Below are positions 1 through 10,398 of a stretch of DNA of 64,000 nucleotides, one piece after another (the stretch's first letter is position 1; every line of letters begins with the position of its first letter). The DNA comes from Candidatus Thorarchaeota archaeon. Lineage in GTDB: Archaea; Asgardarchaeota; Thorarchaeia; Thorarchaeales; Thorarchaeaceae. The notes under the pieces were generated by a model that made no database searches, had not been told where the DNA came from, and saw nothing but the letters and a program-made list of their open reading frames with translations. A program made the position numbers and the translations under genes. The stretch lies in the NCBI GenBank assembly GCA_016933575.1, contig JAFGAR010000088.1, positions 192,001-256,000 on the forward strand, written 5' to 3'.

Positions 1-1269
1 TACATCTTGAAAAACTTCACGAGCTGCACGACCGACCTTTGCTCGATTTTTATCGAAGGTATACACACGAATCACATCGAGATATCCTTTCATCATTTCT
101 GCAATATTTGAATAATCAGAGAGATTGTGAGATACTTTCTTTCCGTCCACAATTTCAAAGATTGCTATCTCCATTGGATCAAGCTGGTGAGGATTATATG
201 GTACGGAAGGTAGAGTAGGTACATCAACAATGACTTCGTAAGGTTCTACATCTGCTATTGAAGCGATTTCTTCTTCAATACTCTCACGAACTTTTCTTTT
301 TGTAAGAACTTTAGATACAAATCTGTCTTGAGTATGAAGAACCTTTTCAAAGGCAGACTTGTAGAGAATCCTCGAATCTAGTAGATTCATCATAGTTGCC
401 GCCTCCTTTGCATTCTCAGATTCTGATGGGTCAATATCTCGAACCATTGATACTAATGACATGTCATCTAACAGCAAGAATTCTTCAGGGGTTTCAAAAC
501 TTGTTAACTGTAATACATTATCTGCTGCGTTAATGAGTTTCACTAACATTACTTCTACACTACGAACCGTCTTGTGATAATATACGTTCAAGAACATCTC
601 ATATCGTGCTACAAGAAAAGCTTCTAGAGCGCCACGTGCTGCTATACTGAATTGTAATTGATTGTCTTTTGATATTTCAAGACTATCAATTAGTCTGTGT
701 ATATCAACTAGGCCATAATTGACGCCACAATAGAAAGAGTCACGGATTAGATAGTCCATCTTATCTGCATCTACTTGTCCTGCAACGATGCTACTCACAA
801 CCGAGTCCATCTTGGTGGTCCGACGCCCTCTAACTAAATCTGCAATTCTTTTCTTGGATATTCCACTGTTTTCGAGGATGTCTCCGACTTCACTTTCTAA
901 AATCAACCATTCGGTGACATCTTCATGATTCCACCCCCGCTTCTCAATAAGAGACTCTTCAAAGACATGACTAAAAGGTCCATGTCCAAGATCATGAAGA
1001 AGGCCAGCAACACGAACATCCTGGAGAACCTCATCACCTAATCCAATCTCTCCAAGAAGTTTTCGTCCAATACGCCCTGCAAGATACATGACTCCAATAC
1101 AGTGAGCAAACCGAGTGTGTTCTGCACTTGGATAAACAAAGTGACCGCCGGAAAGCTGCTTGATCCGGCGAAGTCTTTGATAGGTTTCAGAATTGATAAT
1201 CTTAGCCTCAACATCAGTCAGTCCAATGAAATCATGAATAGGATCATTGATTTCCATTACGAACTCCAT
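1..1269 (-). CDS. HD-domain phosphohydrolase (dNTP triphosphohydrolase-like), 3' end runs off window
   Basis: Manual translation: MEFVMEINDPIHDFI...QRLRRIKQLSGGHFVYPSAEHTRFAHCIG...LLHDLGHGPFSH, the typical SAMHD1/YdhJ-like HD motifs. Confidence 0.9.
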   Translation of the reverse strand, partial: MEFVMEINDPIHDFIGLTDVEAKIINSETYQRLRRIKQLSGGHFVYPSAEHTRFAHCIGVMYLAGRIGRKLLGEIGLGDEVLQDVRVAGLLHDLGHGPFSHVFEESLIEKRGWNHEDVTEWLILESEVGDILENSGISKKRIADLVRGRRTTKMDSVVSSIVAGQVDADKMDYLIRDSFYCGVNYGLVDIHRLIDSLEISKDNQLQFSIAARGALEAFLVARYEMFLNVYYHKTVRSVEVMLVKLINAADNVLQLTSFETPEEFLLLDDMSLVSMVRDIDPSESENAKEAATMMNLLDSRILYKSAFEKVLHTQDRFVSKVLTKRKVRESIEEEIASIADVEPYEVIVDVPTLPSVPYNPHQLDPMEIAIFEIVDGKKVSHNLSDYSNIAEMMKGYLDVIRVYTFDKNRAKVGRAAREVFQDV

Positions 1270-1291
1270 ATCGGCCACTCCATTTTTAGGA

Positions 1292-2035
1292 CTATATTTT
1301 AGGTTCAAACGAGCGGATTTCGCTTATTAGATCTCCAGCGGATTCTATTTCTGAAACACAGAGAGGAAGATGGATACTATCTGCGATTTTTACTGCTAGC
1401 GGATCAAGTTCTTTGACCCCCTGAAGAATTACAACCGCAGGTTTCACTGCAACAGATGTCCCTATTTGACTTGCCTTAATGGCTACCATAGGGGATCTTC
1501 CACTCGATACATTCGTGAGAACTGCGGCACGTTGGGTTGTTCCACCATATAGTCGTAAGAGCTGCTGTGGTGTAAGACTGACGATTGCTTTGATACTATC
1601 TAATGCAGTATAGCCATAGATATCCCTATCAAGCAAATTGTGATGAGTGAGAACCTTGCAATTGAGATATTCTACAAACAATTTGGCAGGGATTGGAAAC
1701 CCAAATTCACGACTATCAAGGATTGCATCAGATGCAATCTCAGGGGCTATTAACTTTTCAAGAGCGACTGCAATACGACCTCCATCTTCGGCATCCATTT
1801 CTATAAGACCAGTGACGAAGCGTTTGATGGTTTCCACTCTTGGTGATTTTCGACGACCACTCTCATAATCGCTAATTACTGACGGAGAGACGTCAAGATA
1901 TTTTGCTAAGCTCTTCTGAGATATGTGGAAGCGTTCACGCCATCTTCTCATAACTGAACCAGGATCATTTTCTGCTAGGCAGATTTCCCCTGCCATTGCT
2001 TCTGCAAGCCTCTGAAGAGCCTCACTAGTATCCAT
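1292..2035 (-). CDS. XRE-type HTH transcriptional regulator (archaeal conserved family)
   Basis: HTH SQKSLAKYLDVSPSVISDYESGRRKSP plus conserved C-terminal SSGRSPMVAIK. Confidence 0.85.
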   Translation of the reverse strand: MDTSEALQRLAEAMAGEICLAENDPGSVMRRWRERFHISQKSLAKYLDVSPSVISDYESGRRKSPRVETIKRFVTGLIEMDAEDGGRIAVALEKLIAPEIASDAILDSREFGFPIPAKLFVEYLNCKVLTHHNLLDRDIYGYTALDSIKAIVSLTPQQLLRLYGGTTQRAAVLTNVSSGRSPMVAIKASQIGTSVAVKPAVVILQGVKELDPLAVKIADSIHLPLCVSEIESAGDLISEIRSFEPKI

Positions 2036-2150
2036 ACTTCCACTCCTTTCCTAGTTTGTAGATAAGACTTGCGTAGAATGCGAAGAAGGAAATTTGAAAC
2101 CAACCGAAGAACTCAAAGCCGAATGTTCATTCGCTCAATTGGTTCTGAAT

Positions 2151-2915
2151 ATGTTCTTCGTATTTCTTGTTGGAACTGCTGGTTCAGGTAAATCCCTCCT
2201 TACTGCATCGTTTGAGAAGTGGTTAGTGGGATCAGACCTGAGTGTAACTGTTGTGAATATTGACCCAGGGGTTGATAATCCGCCATATACAAGTGATATC
2301 GATATACGGGAGTATGTGGATTATGGAGAAGTTATGAATAACTTTGGACTTGGTCCAAATGGTGCATTAGTTGCATCCTTGGACATGGGAGTCAGTAGTG
2401 TTGATGATTTGAGAGAAGAAATTATTGAAACTGAGAGAGACTATGTTTTGGTTGACTGTCCGGGTCAGATGGAGCTTTTTGCATATCGAAATTCTGGACC
2501 TTTGATGGTATCCGGTCTCAGAGGAGATGATACAGCAGTATCATTATATCTTCTTGACTCGAATATTGCTAGAACGCCAACTGGATACCTTTCATCAATG
2601 CTACTTGGACTTTCAATCAATATTCGGTTCGGACTACCGCAATTGAACCTCCTAAGCAAATCAGATATTATCATGGAAGATGAAATTGAAGAAATAGTTC
2701 AGTGGGGTTCCGAGATAAACATGCTCGAACAGGCTCTGGACCAATCATCTGAGGGATTGATTAGGGAATACTCAAAATCGATTCTGGATATGCTTGAAAG
2801 CATTGGTATCGCTAGTGGGGTGATACCGATTTCAGCTAAGGACATGACTGGATTTGATATTCTCTATGGAGAGTTACAGAGAATCTTTTCCGGCGGAGAT
2901 AATCTTTACGAGTAG
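2151..2915 (+). CDS. GPN-loop GTPase
   Basis: GTAGSGKS P-loop, GLGPNG loop, DCPGQMELF; likely start at ATG 2151. Confidence 0.93.
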   Translation: MFFVFLVGTAGSGKSLLTASFEKWLVGSDLSVTVVNIDPGVDNPPYTSDIDIREYVDYGEVMNNFGLGPNGALVASLDMGVSSVDDLREEIIETERDYVLVDCPGQMELFAYRNSGPLMVSGLRGDDTAVSLYLLDSNIARTPTGYLSSMLLGLSINIRFGLPQLNLLSKSDIIMEDEIEEIVQWGSEINMLEQALDQSSEGLIREYSKSILDMLESIGIASGVIPISAKDMTGFDILYGELQRIFSGGDNLYE

Positions 2916-3954
2916 TGATGCTTCTTTGTTCAAGTATTTTGCATATGTTTCTGGTGAAAACCAAGAATTGGCAAGAGCAGAACTTGAGTCTTTACTGAAT
3001 CTTTTTCCTTGTGATGTTGAAACTAGATGGTTGAATCGAGTAGTAATACTGGAATCACACATTAGTCCAATCGAGTTTCTTCTTGAGAGATCTGCACTGA
3101 TTCAAAAAGCAGGAGTAGTTCTTATTGAATATAATTCAAATCAATGGTCAAAAGATATGACACCAAGTGATGGTTGGGAGAATTATCTGACAGCTGGTGA
3201 TGAGTTTGCGGTTAGAACTCTTTGCATTGAAGGAGCGACTAATAGTACAAGAGAAAGAGATAGGATTGAATGGGATCTTGGAGCATCTATTAAGAATAGA
3301 ACTAATGCTAGAGTCAATTTGAAGAATCCAGCCAAAGAGATTCTAGTCATTCTTGGTCCTGAAAATATCCTAATTTGTGAGTCTCAGAACTCTAAACTTC
3401 GTCACCTTCTTAGACAACGAGAACCTGGGAAAAAAATGTTCTTTCATCCAAGTATGATGAATAGTACATTATCAAGAGTCATGTGCAATCTTGCTGGGGT
3501 AATGCCCGATGATATCGTACTGGACCCATTTTGTGGTGGCGGTGGAATTCTCTGTGAAGCATCATACATTGGTGCAAGACCAATAGGTTGTGATTTGAAC
3601 TGGAAAATGCTAACCGGAGCCAAGAGGAATCTAGATCAAATCAAAGGGGAATATTCTTTGATACAAGCAGATGCACAGAACATTCCAGTTCAATCTGTGG
3701 ACTGTATTGTTACAGATCCACCATATGGTAGAGCCAGTTCTACAAGAGGCGGTGAATCGATAGAACTTGTAAGTACTCTAATGAGCACTGCTAGTTCCAT
3801 CCTGACTTCTAGAGGTGAACATCTATGTATTTGTGGTAGTAGTGAGATGGGGTTACTAGAAATTGCACAGAAACAGGGGCTTGCAGTGGGTAAGCATTTG
3901 AGAATTAGAGTTCATAGTGGACTTGTGAGGGAGCTTGTGACCATTGTAATCTAA
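2854..3954 (+). CDS. trm11: tRNA (guanine10-N2)-methyltransferase, THUMP + Rossmann MTase (true start probably ~2926)
   Basis: LDPFCGGGGIL SAM motif, TDPPYGR motif, THUMP-like N-terminal half. Confidence 0.85.
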   Translation: MIFSMESYRESFPAEIIFTSSDASLFKYFAYVSGENQELARAELESLLNLFPCDVETRWLNRVVILESHISPIEFLLERSALIQKAGVVLIEYNSNQWSKDMTPSDGWENYLTAGDEFAVRTLCIEGATNSTRERDRIEWDLGASIKNRTNARVNLKNPAKEILVILGPENILICESQNSKLRHLLRQREPGKKMFFHPSMMNSTLSRVMCNLAGVMPDDIVLDPFCGGGGILCEASYIGARPIGCDLNWKMLTGAKRNLDQIKGEYSLIQADAQNIPVQSVDCIVTDPPYGRASSTRGGESIELVSTLMSTASSILTSRGEHLCICGSSEMGLLEIAQKQGLAVGKHLRIRVHSGLVRELVTIVI

Positions 3955-4379
3955 GTTACAATCTTTCCATCTTTTGTTCTAGGACTAAACCAATCAAGAA
4001 AATCGTTAAAATGAGTATGATTTTTAAAATTGAACTGAAGTTTTATCGAACCAAGAGGCGTATTTTGATCAAGGTAATCTATCAGTCTTATTTTGCCTAA
4101 GTAAGCGGCTTGTTTATCAAGATAAAGAGTAGTCGAACAATCTAGATCATTATAATTTTTCAAGAGTTGTTGACGCACTGCTGAAATTATCCGTTTGTCA
4201 TGAATCATCTGGCGTGTGATGGAAATATTACTCCGGTCAATATTTGAAGAAACCAGAGTACAGAAAGCTTCATTCTCAATCTTGTCGAGTTTTATTTTAC
4301 CGAGATTACTTTCAATAGCTCTCTTGACCCTCTCGATATCTTCAGTTGGATTGACTGAACATTGAACACTCGTGTTCAT
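3951..4379 (-). CDS. UPF0201/DUF54 RNA-binding family protein
   Basis: VNPTEDIERVKRAI, LDKQAAYLG, WFSPRTKDG motifs. Confidence 0.8.
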   Translation of the reverse strand: MNTSVQCSVNPTEDIERVKRAIESNLGKIKLDKIENEAFCTLVSSNIDRSNISITRQMIHDKRIISAVRQQLLKNYNDLDCSTTLYLDKQAAYLGKIRLIDYLDQNTPLGSIKLQFNFKNHTHFNDFLDWFSPRTKDGKIVT

Positions 4380-4380
4380 T

Positions 4381-4935
4381 TTAGACCATCTTTTTTACGA
4401 TTTCTTGTGAGTGGGAACGTATTTCTTCCAGAGTGCCATCATTTACTATCATTATATCACTTAGTGCAATCACACCACCCAAGCCGACTGAGATTTCTCG
4501 TAGGTCGCGCTCCCGAAAGACTTCCCATGTGTCAGGAGCATCAGAACGGTTGCGTTCTCGAAGACGTAAGTAACGTATCTTTGGTGACGCGTGTACACAT
4601 ATTATTTGTACTTCATCTGCATAATCATCAAAAACATCGATTTCTGCAATGCTTCTACAACCTTCAATGACAACTATATCTGAATCAAGATTTTGAAGAC
4701 TATCGAGACAATGTGATGCTATTGCTCCCGGACCGCCAATCTCTCGTAACTCGAGCATTATCTTTCGAGTGTTTTCGGGATTTGCTTCCAGACCTCGACG
4801 CCGAGTTTCTTCCCGTACAATATCACCCATGATAATGACCGGAATGTTCGCATTCCGAAATGCATTTGCAACTTCGCTTTTCCCAGCACCAGGCATACCA
4901 GTAACAATTACAATCTTCACACTCTCATCCGCCAT
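4381..4935 (-). CDS. UPF0200 nucleotide kinase (dephospho-CoA kinase-like)
   Basis: VTGMPGAGKS, MGDIVREE, RDLREISVG. Confidence 0.85.
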   Translation of the reverse strand: MADESVKIVIVTGMPGAGKSEVANAFRNANIPVIIMGDIVREETRRRGLEANPENTRKIMLELREIGGPGAIASHCLDSLQNLDSDIVVIEGCRSIAEIDVFDDYADEVQIICVHASPKIRYLRLRERNRSDAPDTWEVFRERDLREISVGLGGVIALSDIMIVNDGTLEEIRSHSQEIVKKMV

Positions 4936-4950
4936 ATTTCTTCTAATTGG

Positions 4951-6099
4951 TTATATTGTATAGGTAGGTTTACTCTTTGTTTCGATTTTGTCAAGCACTT
5001 TTCGCAAGATTTCAGAAGTTATCGTAGTAGAGCCATCAATTATCGCTGTGTGAAGTGACTCTTTTAATATCCGGTCTCGAAGATCTCTTCCTGATAATCC
5101 TTCAGTCTTCTTAGCAACCTCTAACAAATCAGCCTCAATTTTAAGTGGCAAACGTTCAGCATATAACTTGAGAATTTGGTAACGCTCTTCGAGTGTGGGG
5201 AGAGCAAATTCAAATACTGTATCAAAGCGATTTCGGATTGCGGGATCGATAAGTGGTAATGCATTCGTTGCTCCTATTACGACAACTCCAGACTCTTCAC
5301 TGGTTTGGTCTAGCTCTCCAAGTAAGGCGGTGACAACTTCAGATACATCACCACGAATCGATTGGAATGAACGGGCTAGGCCAATCGCATCAAGTTCGTC
5401 AATGAATATGATACTGGGGGATTGTTTACGTGCGTCCTCAAATAATGCACTAATTCTTCTTCCACCATCTCCAACATGAACACCAATCAAATCTGATGCT
5501 TTGGCTAAGAATATCTTTGCTTTTGCCTCATTGGCAACCGCTCTGGCGGTCATGGTCTTTCCGGTGCCTGGAAGGCCATGGAACAGTATTGCACGCGGAG
5601 CCCATTCGCCAAACATGGATGGATTTTGAAGATATTCTAAGATTATCTTACATTTGCTTTTGACGGATTCGTGGCCAATGAGTTCTTCAAGGCTTATTTG
5701 AGTTGCACTGGTAGTATTTGGGGTATCAGTTTGTGAGTGAAGAATGATTTCCGTGCTTTTTGAAATAACAGATTCCTCTGGGTCAACATCTTGGACTTGA
5801 AAGGCATAGTCAGGCATAATATAGCGGTCAAAAAGATAGATACCAGATCGTACAACAGTTCCCATCCATTGTTCTCTAGCATAGTCTGCGAATAGTTCAA
5901 GACTGTCAACTTCAAGACCCATTGGTTTTGGATCGCCTCTTATTCTAAAAGGGTATCCAATATCTCGTAGAAGCAATCTGTGAGCATTAGGAACCTCGAC
6001 GCCTCTTCGTTTGGATGTCTTCTGGGCAGTTTCCTTAGAAGGTGATGGTACTTCTACAGGTGCATCTTTTCGTTTCGTCAATTTACTGAATGGCTCCAT
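4951..6099 (-). CDS. Archaeal AAA+ ATPase (COG1223-type)
   Basis: [25 protein letters not shown]-domain, RGDVSEVVTALL. Confidence 0.88.
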   Translation of the reverse strand: MEPFSKLTKRKDAPVEVPSPSKETAQKTSKRRGVEVPNAHRLLLRDIGYPFRIRGDPKPMGLEVDSLELFADYAREQWMGTVVRSGIYLFDRYIMPDYAFQVQDVDPEESVISKSTEIILHSQTDTPNTTSATQISLEELIGHESVKSKCKIILEYLQNPSMFGEWAPRAILFHGLPGTGKTMTARAVANEAKAKIFLAKASDLIGVHVGDGGRRISALFEDARKQSPSIIFIDELDAIGLARSFQSIRGDVSEVVTALLGELDQTSEESGVVVIGATNALPLIDPAIRNRFDTVFEFALPTLEERYQILKLYAERLPLKIEADLLEVAKKTEGLSGRDLRDRILKESLHTAIIDGSTTITSEILRKVLDKIETKSKPTYTI

Positions 6100-6203
6100 T
6101 TCAGCATCTAGCGATTGTCCTTTAAGAGTTATCTTAGAACCAATGCATCGTCATGGTAATATCTTAGATATTATTCAATAAAGAGTGGATTGGAGAGATT
6201 ATT

Positions 6204-6764
6204 ATGAATAGTGCTATCAGAGTGTTTCTGAGTGTTGATATTGATACTCCGCCATTGATATCTCGTATTTCAGAAATCCAGCGAAAATTGAACAAAGAAG
6301 CGGCAAAAATGAAACTTGTCGAAGCTGACAATATCCATTTTACATTACGTTTCTTTGGTGATACTCCTGTAACAAAGGTACAAGAGATTAAAGAGTGTCT
6401 TAGTGGGATTAGTATTAGACCATTTGATATCAAAATTTCAGGAGTTGGAGCCTTTCCAAACAAACGACGGCCAAGAGTAATTTGGATTGGTGTCACTGAA
6501 AATTCACAAATTATGACGGATTTGAAACTTAAGGTTGATGAACTGCTGAGAAAAATCGGGTACCAACCTGAAAAAACGAAGTTCACACCTCATGCTACCA
6601 TTGCACGGATTCGTAATATCAAAGACTCACAGCTTATGTCTAGCAATCTTGATGATTTAATAGATGAGCCTGTGGGAAATATGAAGGTATCAAAGGTGAA
6701 CATGAAAAAGAGTACACTTACACCCTCAGGACCGATCTACGAAACTCTTTGGTACATAGAATAA
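6204..6764 (+). CDS. thpR: RNA 2',3'-cyclic phosphodiesterase (2H family)
   Basis: Two HxT motifs (HFTL, HATI) and GAFPNKRRPRVIW. Confidence 0.92.
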   Translation: MNSAIRVFLSVDIDTPPLISRISEIQRKLNKEAAKMKLVEADNIHFTLRFFGDTPVTKVQEIKECLSGISIRPFDIKISGVGAFPNKRRPRVIWIGVTENSQIMTDLKLKVDELLRKIGYQPEKTKFTPHATIARIRNIKDSQLMSSNLDDLIDEPVGNMKVSKVNMKKSTLTPSGPIYETLWYIE

Positions 6765-6770
6765 TCAAAA

Positions 6771-6909
6771 TGGTGGGCCGGGGGAGACATATTCCAACAG
6801 GGGGATTTCCCCAGTTGTTTGAACTCCCGGTCTCTTGCATTCTGTGACTCGAGGCAGGATGTCTTGAATCGCCCCAAGCAAGAATCATACCAAGCTAGAC
6901 TACCGACCC
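6771..6909 (-). tRNA. tRNA-Pro(GGG) with two introns (37/38 at 6840-6871; T-loop ~58/59 at 6789-6818), CCA encoded
   Basis: GGGTCGG/CCGGCCC acceptor, CTTGC-TTGGGG..T-GCAAG anticodon arm, GGGAG-TTCAA..-CTCCC T arm; both insertions fold as BHB. Confidence 0.88.
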
Positions 6910-6968
6910 ATGCTGAAAAGTCGATGTTTGAATTCAAGATAAAGATTGCCTCAAGAAGTATATATTTG

Positions 6969-6980
6969 GAACACGTGTTC
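6969..6980. promoter_or_regulatory. GAACACGTGTTC palindrome upstream of deacetylase gene
   Basis: Perfect 12-bp palindrome, also at 40919 and 41165. Confidence 0.55.
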
Positions 6981-7035
6981 TATGATTGTGTGACCATACT
7001 TCATACTTATCTGAGGATTAATCTCATGTAATAGT

Positions 7036-8118
7036 GTGTCAATACAAAGAGGAAGGAACAACTCATTGGTTACAGATCTTGTATATCACGAGTCTTTTGT
7101 TAAACATGAGATGTCAATTGGACATCCTGAGAGTCCTGATAGACTAAGAAGTGCGATGAGATATATCAATGATAGAGGCCTATTTGAGGGCTCAGGACTG
7201 ACTCTATTGAATCCTACACCCGTTAAACTTGAAGAGGTATATCAAATTCATGGAGAGAGATATCTTCAAAGTATCAAGGAGAGATCTGAAAGGGGTGGGG
7301 GATTCTATACGTTAGACACAGAAGTTAATGCCCATACATATAATGCAGCAATACTGGCAGCTGGTGGAGGAATCAATGCTGTAGACAGAATAATGATGGG
7401 AATTTCTGATAATGCCTTTGTCTTATGCAGACCACCAGGACATCATGCAGAATATGAAAGAGCATTCGGATTCTGCTTTATTAACAACATTGCAGTTGCA
7501 GCCAGTCATCTAATACAGCAACATGGACTAAATCGAATTATGATTGTAGATTATGATGCTCATCATGGAAATGGGACTCAAAATACGTTTTATTCTTCAC
7601 CGCAGGTATTGTACGTTGGACTTCACCAAGATGGAAGAAGTCTTTTTCCTGGCTCCGGTTTTCCGGATGAAATGGGGGAAGGAAAAGGATTTGGTTATAC
7701 GGTTAATTTAGCCATGTACCCAGGAGCTGGTGATGTGTCCTATAATTTAGCATTTACAGATGTAATTGAACCAGTAGCTAGTGCATTCAAACCCGAGTTC
7801 ATACTCGTATCAGTGGGTTTTGATAGTCATTATAATGACCCACTTACTTCATTGGGTCTAACATCGTCTGGATTCAGAATGATTAACTCAAAACTCAGTG
7901 AGATTGCATCTGCATACACCTCTGGAAAAATTGCTTACTTTCTTGAAGGCGGTTACAATATAGAAACAATGGGTATGGGTGCTTTGAATTTAGTAGAAGA
8001 ATTGTTAGGGATTTCTACAACAGCTTTCGATGATTCTTACTCGGAAAGTAACACATGTACAGAGTATACGAAGGCTTTGATTGATCGAATTAGAAGTACT
8101 GCTCCATTGTTACTCTAG
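7036..8118 (+). CDS. Histone deacetylase family (Zn-dependent) protein
   Basis: HPESPDRL, RPPGHHA, GFCFINN, DYDAHHGNGTQ, LEGGY. Confidence 0.95.
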   Translation: MSIQRGRNNSLVTDLVYHESFVKHEMSIGHPESPDRLRSAMRYINDRGLFEGSGLTLLNPTPVKLEEVYQIHGERYLQSIKERSERGGGFYTLDTEVNAHTYNAAILAAGGGINAVDRIMMGISDNAFVLCRPPGHHAEYERAFGFCFINNIAVAASHLIQQHGLNRIMIVDYDAHHGNGTQNTFYSSPQVLYVGLHQDGRSLFPGSGFPDEMGEGKGFGYTVNLAMYPGAGDVSYNLAFTDVIEPVASAFKPEFILVSVGFDSHYNDPLTSLGLTSSGFRMINSKLSEIASAYTSGKIAYFLEGGYNIETMGMGALNLVEELLGISTTAFDDSYSESNTCTEYTKALIDRIRSTAPLLL

Positions 8119-10370
8119 GTAAAGTCATCAAGTAAGGTCTGTATAGAATCGAAGTCTTCTTCACTCTCATCAATTATTGAAGAGTGTGTCGTGTCGCTAG
8201 ATTTCACTTTAACACCAAGTTGTTTCTTGATTGATTCAGCTATAGATGTGCCAATAGTTGGAATCCTTGCAAGCTCGTTAAGAGGAATATTGTATAGATC
8301 AACCAGGGTCTTTAGACCTTGATTGTACAACATTCGTCCACGAACCCTACCAATTCCTCTAAGATTAACAAGCTCCAAAATGTCTTCACGAACACCATAT
8401 TTGAGTCTAGAATTAATGCTTTTTAGAGAAGGAATGTGTTTGGGGTTATTGGTTATTCGGGCTATCTCAGAGGCCGAATATACCAACCACTCTGCAGATT
8501 GAACAAATCTGTGAACGTCCCCCATACCAACATTATAGCTCTCTGTAATATCCTTCTCTGTAGCTTCTGATATCCAATCAGAAAGTATGCGTGCGGTCTT
8601 TACTTCACCAAGAAACTCTGAGTATTTTTCATCACCAATATCTGGTTGTTCAATCATCAATTCTTTTGCATAGTCATCAACTAGAATCTCGTATTCCTCA
8701 GTTTCTGATCTTGATACATAGGTTACTGGTTGATCGGGCGAATGACAAATTAGATGTAAGATACCAAAAAGTGTGTGGTCTTCATACTGAGATAATGCAT
8801 CACGGAACAAAATTGCTGTCTGAGGATCGATATAGAGTTGTGATGCTCGTTTTCCCAGAGGTGTTGCTGAATAGCGACTTGAAGACGCTATTTCAATCAA
8901 TTTTCCATTTTCTAAGAAAGAGAGAGCTGATAAGATGTGATGAGCTATTGTACTCTGTTCGTTTTGACATGCATAGAAGGTATTTGATATGAGTCCGTCA
9001 ATCTCATTGGAAGTATTCGTTAGCTCTGCAGCGATTGATGCTAAGAGATGGAATTGTAATGCTGCAGGAGAAGCAAGTCGAGAGTATATTTCTTCAGGAT
9101 CAGATAACGTATAGTGGTCAATCAAGGCATCTTTTTCAGATTCTGTCCTCGCAAAAAGGACAGCTTCTCCATACTTGTCATATTTTGGTCGCCCTGCACG
9201 TCCAGCCATTTGTTTGTATTCAAGAATTGGAATAGGGTAACTTCCGCGATTTTGATCAAACCTTCTGTAGTCACGAATAATGACACGTCTTGCAGGAAGA
9301 TTAACTCCTGCTGCAAGGGTAGGTGTAGCAACAACGACTTTCAACAAATTGTCTTTGAATGCATCTTCAACAAGCATTCGTTCTTTGTTATCAAGACCAG
9401 CATGATGAAATGCAATTCCATCTGCAACAAGCTTTGAGAGAAGCCGAGATGCCTCGGGGGTTGATGGCGTGTTGCCTATCTTCTTAGCAATTCCTAACAA
9501 TCGACTTATTGATTCGTTAGTTAGATATTGTCTAATGGAAGAAACAAGTCGTTTTGCCATAGAAACTGTAGACTTACGACTTGATACAAAAAGAAGAACT
9601 TGCCCGTTCTCATCCAATGTATCACAAACAATATCAGCTAACTCTTCTTTCCGTTTCCTAGGAACAAATCTTACAGATCTTTTCTCAAATAGACTGTCTT
9701 CAAAGAAATCTATCTCTCCATCAAGATAGACTCCTTCGCTCAATGGTACAGGTCGCCACGTACTTTTAACTAAATCAGCCTCAAGCCAACTAGCAATCTC
9801 ATCAGCATTTGAGATAGTTGCACTTAAAGCAACAATCTGGGCTTTTGCCATTTGCATTAGTTTTGCTAAGACCATTTCAAGGGTAGGACCTCTCGTTGAA
9901 TCATTTACAAGATGAATTTCATCAACAATAATTATCCCAATCTCTTCTATCCAGTCAGATTTGTGTCGAACTAAGGAGTCAGCTCGCTCTGTGGTCAAAA
10001 TCAAAATGTCAGCTTCACGCATCTTCGTGCCAGGAGAGTCATAATCCCCAACAGACATTGCAACGGTTATACCTAAGGATTCATACTTCTTAAAGTCATT
10101 ATATTTTTCCCGTGCGAGAGACTTCAACGGAACTAAATAGAGCGCCTTTCCACGACCATCAAGGATTGCTTTCAACATACATACTTCAGCAACAAGTGTT
10201 TTTCCAGAGCTTGTTGGGATTGCAAGAACGAGGTTCTTGCCTTCTAGTACACCAGTATTGAAAGCTTCTTCTTGCGGAGGAAAAAGGTCTATTATACCTA
10301 GATTCTTGAGATGAGTTATCACCTTCTTATTGATAGGAAGCTCGTCGAGTCGTGTCATATTATTTCCCAC
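8115..10370 (-). CDS. hel308: Ski2-like DNA helicase Hel308
   Basis: PTSSGKT, DEIH, TPTLAAGVNLPA, QMAGRAGRP, C-terminal HhH. Confidence 0.93.
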   Translation of the reverse strand: MGNNMTRLDELPINKKVITHLKNLGIIDLFPPQEEAFNTGVLEGKNLVLAIPTSSGKTLVAEVCMLKAILDGRGKALYLVPLKSLAREKYNDFKKYESLGITVAMSVGDYDSPGTKMREADILILTTERADSLVRHKSDWIEEIGIIIVDEIHLVNDSTRGPTLEMVLAKLMQMAKAQIVALSATISNADEIASWLEADLVKSTWRPVPLSEGVYLDGEIDFFEDSLFEKRSVRFVPRKRKEELADIVCDTLDENGQVLLFVSSRKSTVSMAKRLVSSIRQYLTNESISRLLGIAKKIGNTPSTPEASRLLSKLVADGIAFHHAGLDNKERMLVEDAFKDNLLKVVVATPTLAAGVNLPARRVIIRDYRRFDQNRGSYPIPILEYKQMAGRAGRPKYDKYGEAVLFARTESEKDALIDHYTLSDPEEIYSRLASPAALQFHLLASIAAELTNTSNEIDGLISNTFYACQNEQSTIAHHILSALSFLENGKLIEIASSSRYSATPLGKRASQLYIDPQTAILFRDALSQYEDHTLFGILHLICHSPDQPVTYVSRSETEEYEILVDDYAKELMIEQPDIGDEKYSEFLGEVKTARILSDWISEATEKDITESYNVGMGDVHRFVQSAEWLVYSASEIARITNNPKHIPSLKSINSRLKYGVREDILELVNLRGIGRVRGRMLYNQGLKTLVDLYNIPLNELARIPTIGTSIAESIKKQLGVKVKSSDTTHSSIIDESEEDFDSIQTLLDDFT

Positions 10371-10398
10371 GATTGGTTACAATATTTCAAAGGGTGTC

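Noticed and set aside
4364-4377. GAACAC-TC-GTGTTC palindrome
   Set aside because: Spacing differs by 2 bp from the recurrent motif and it lies inside a CDS start.
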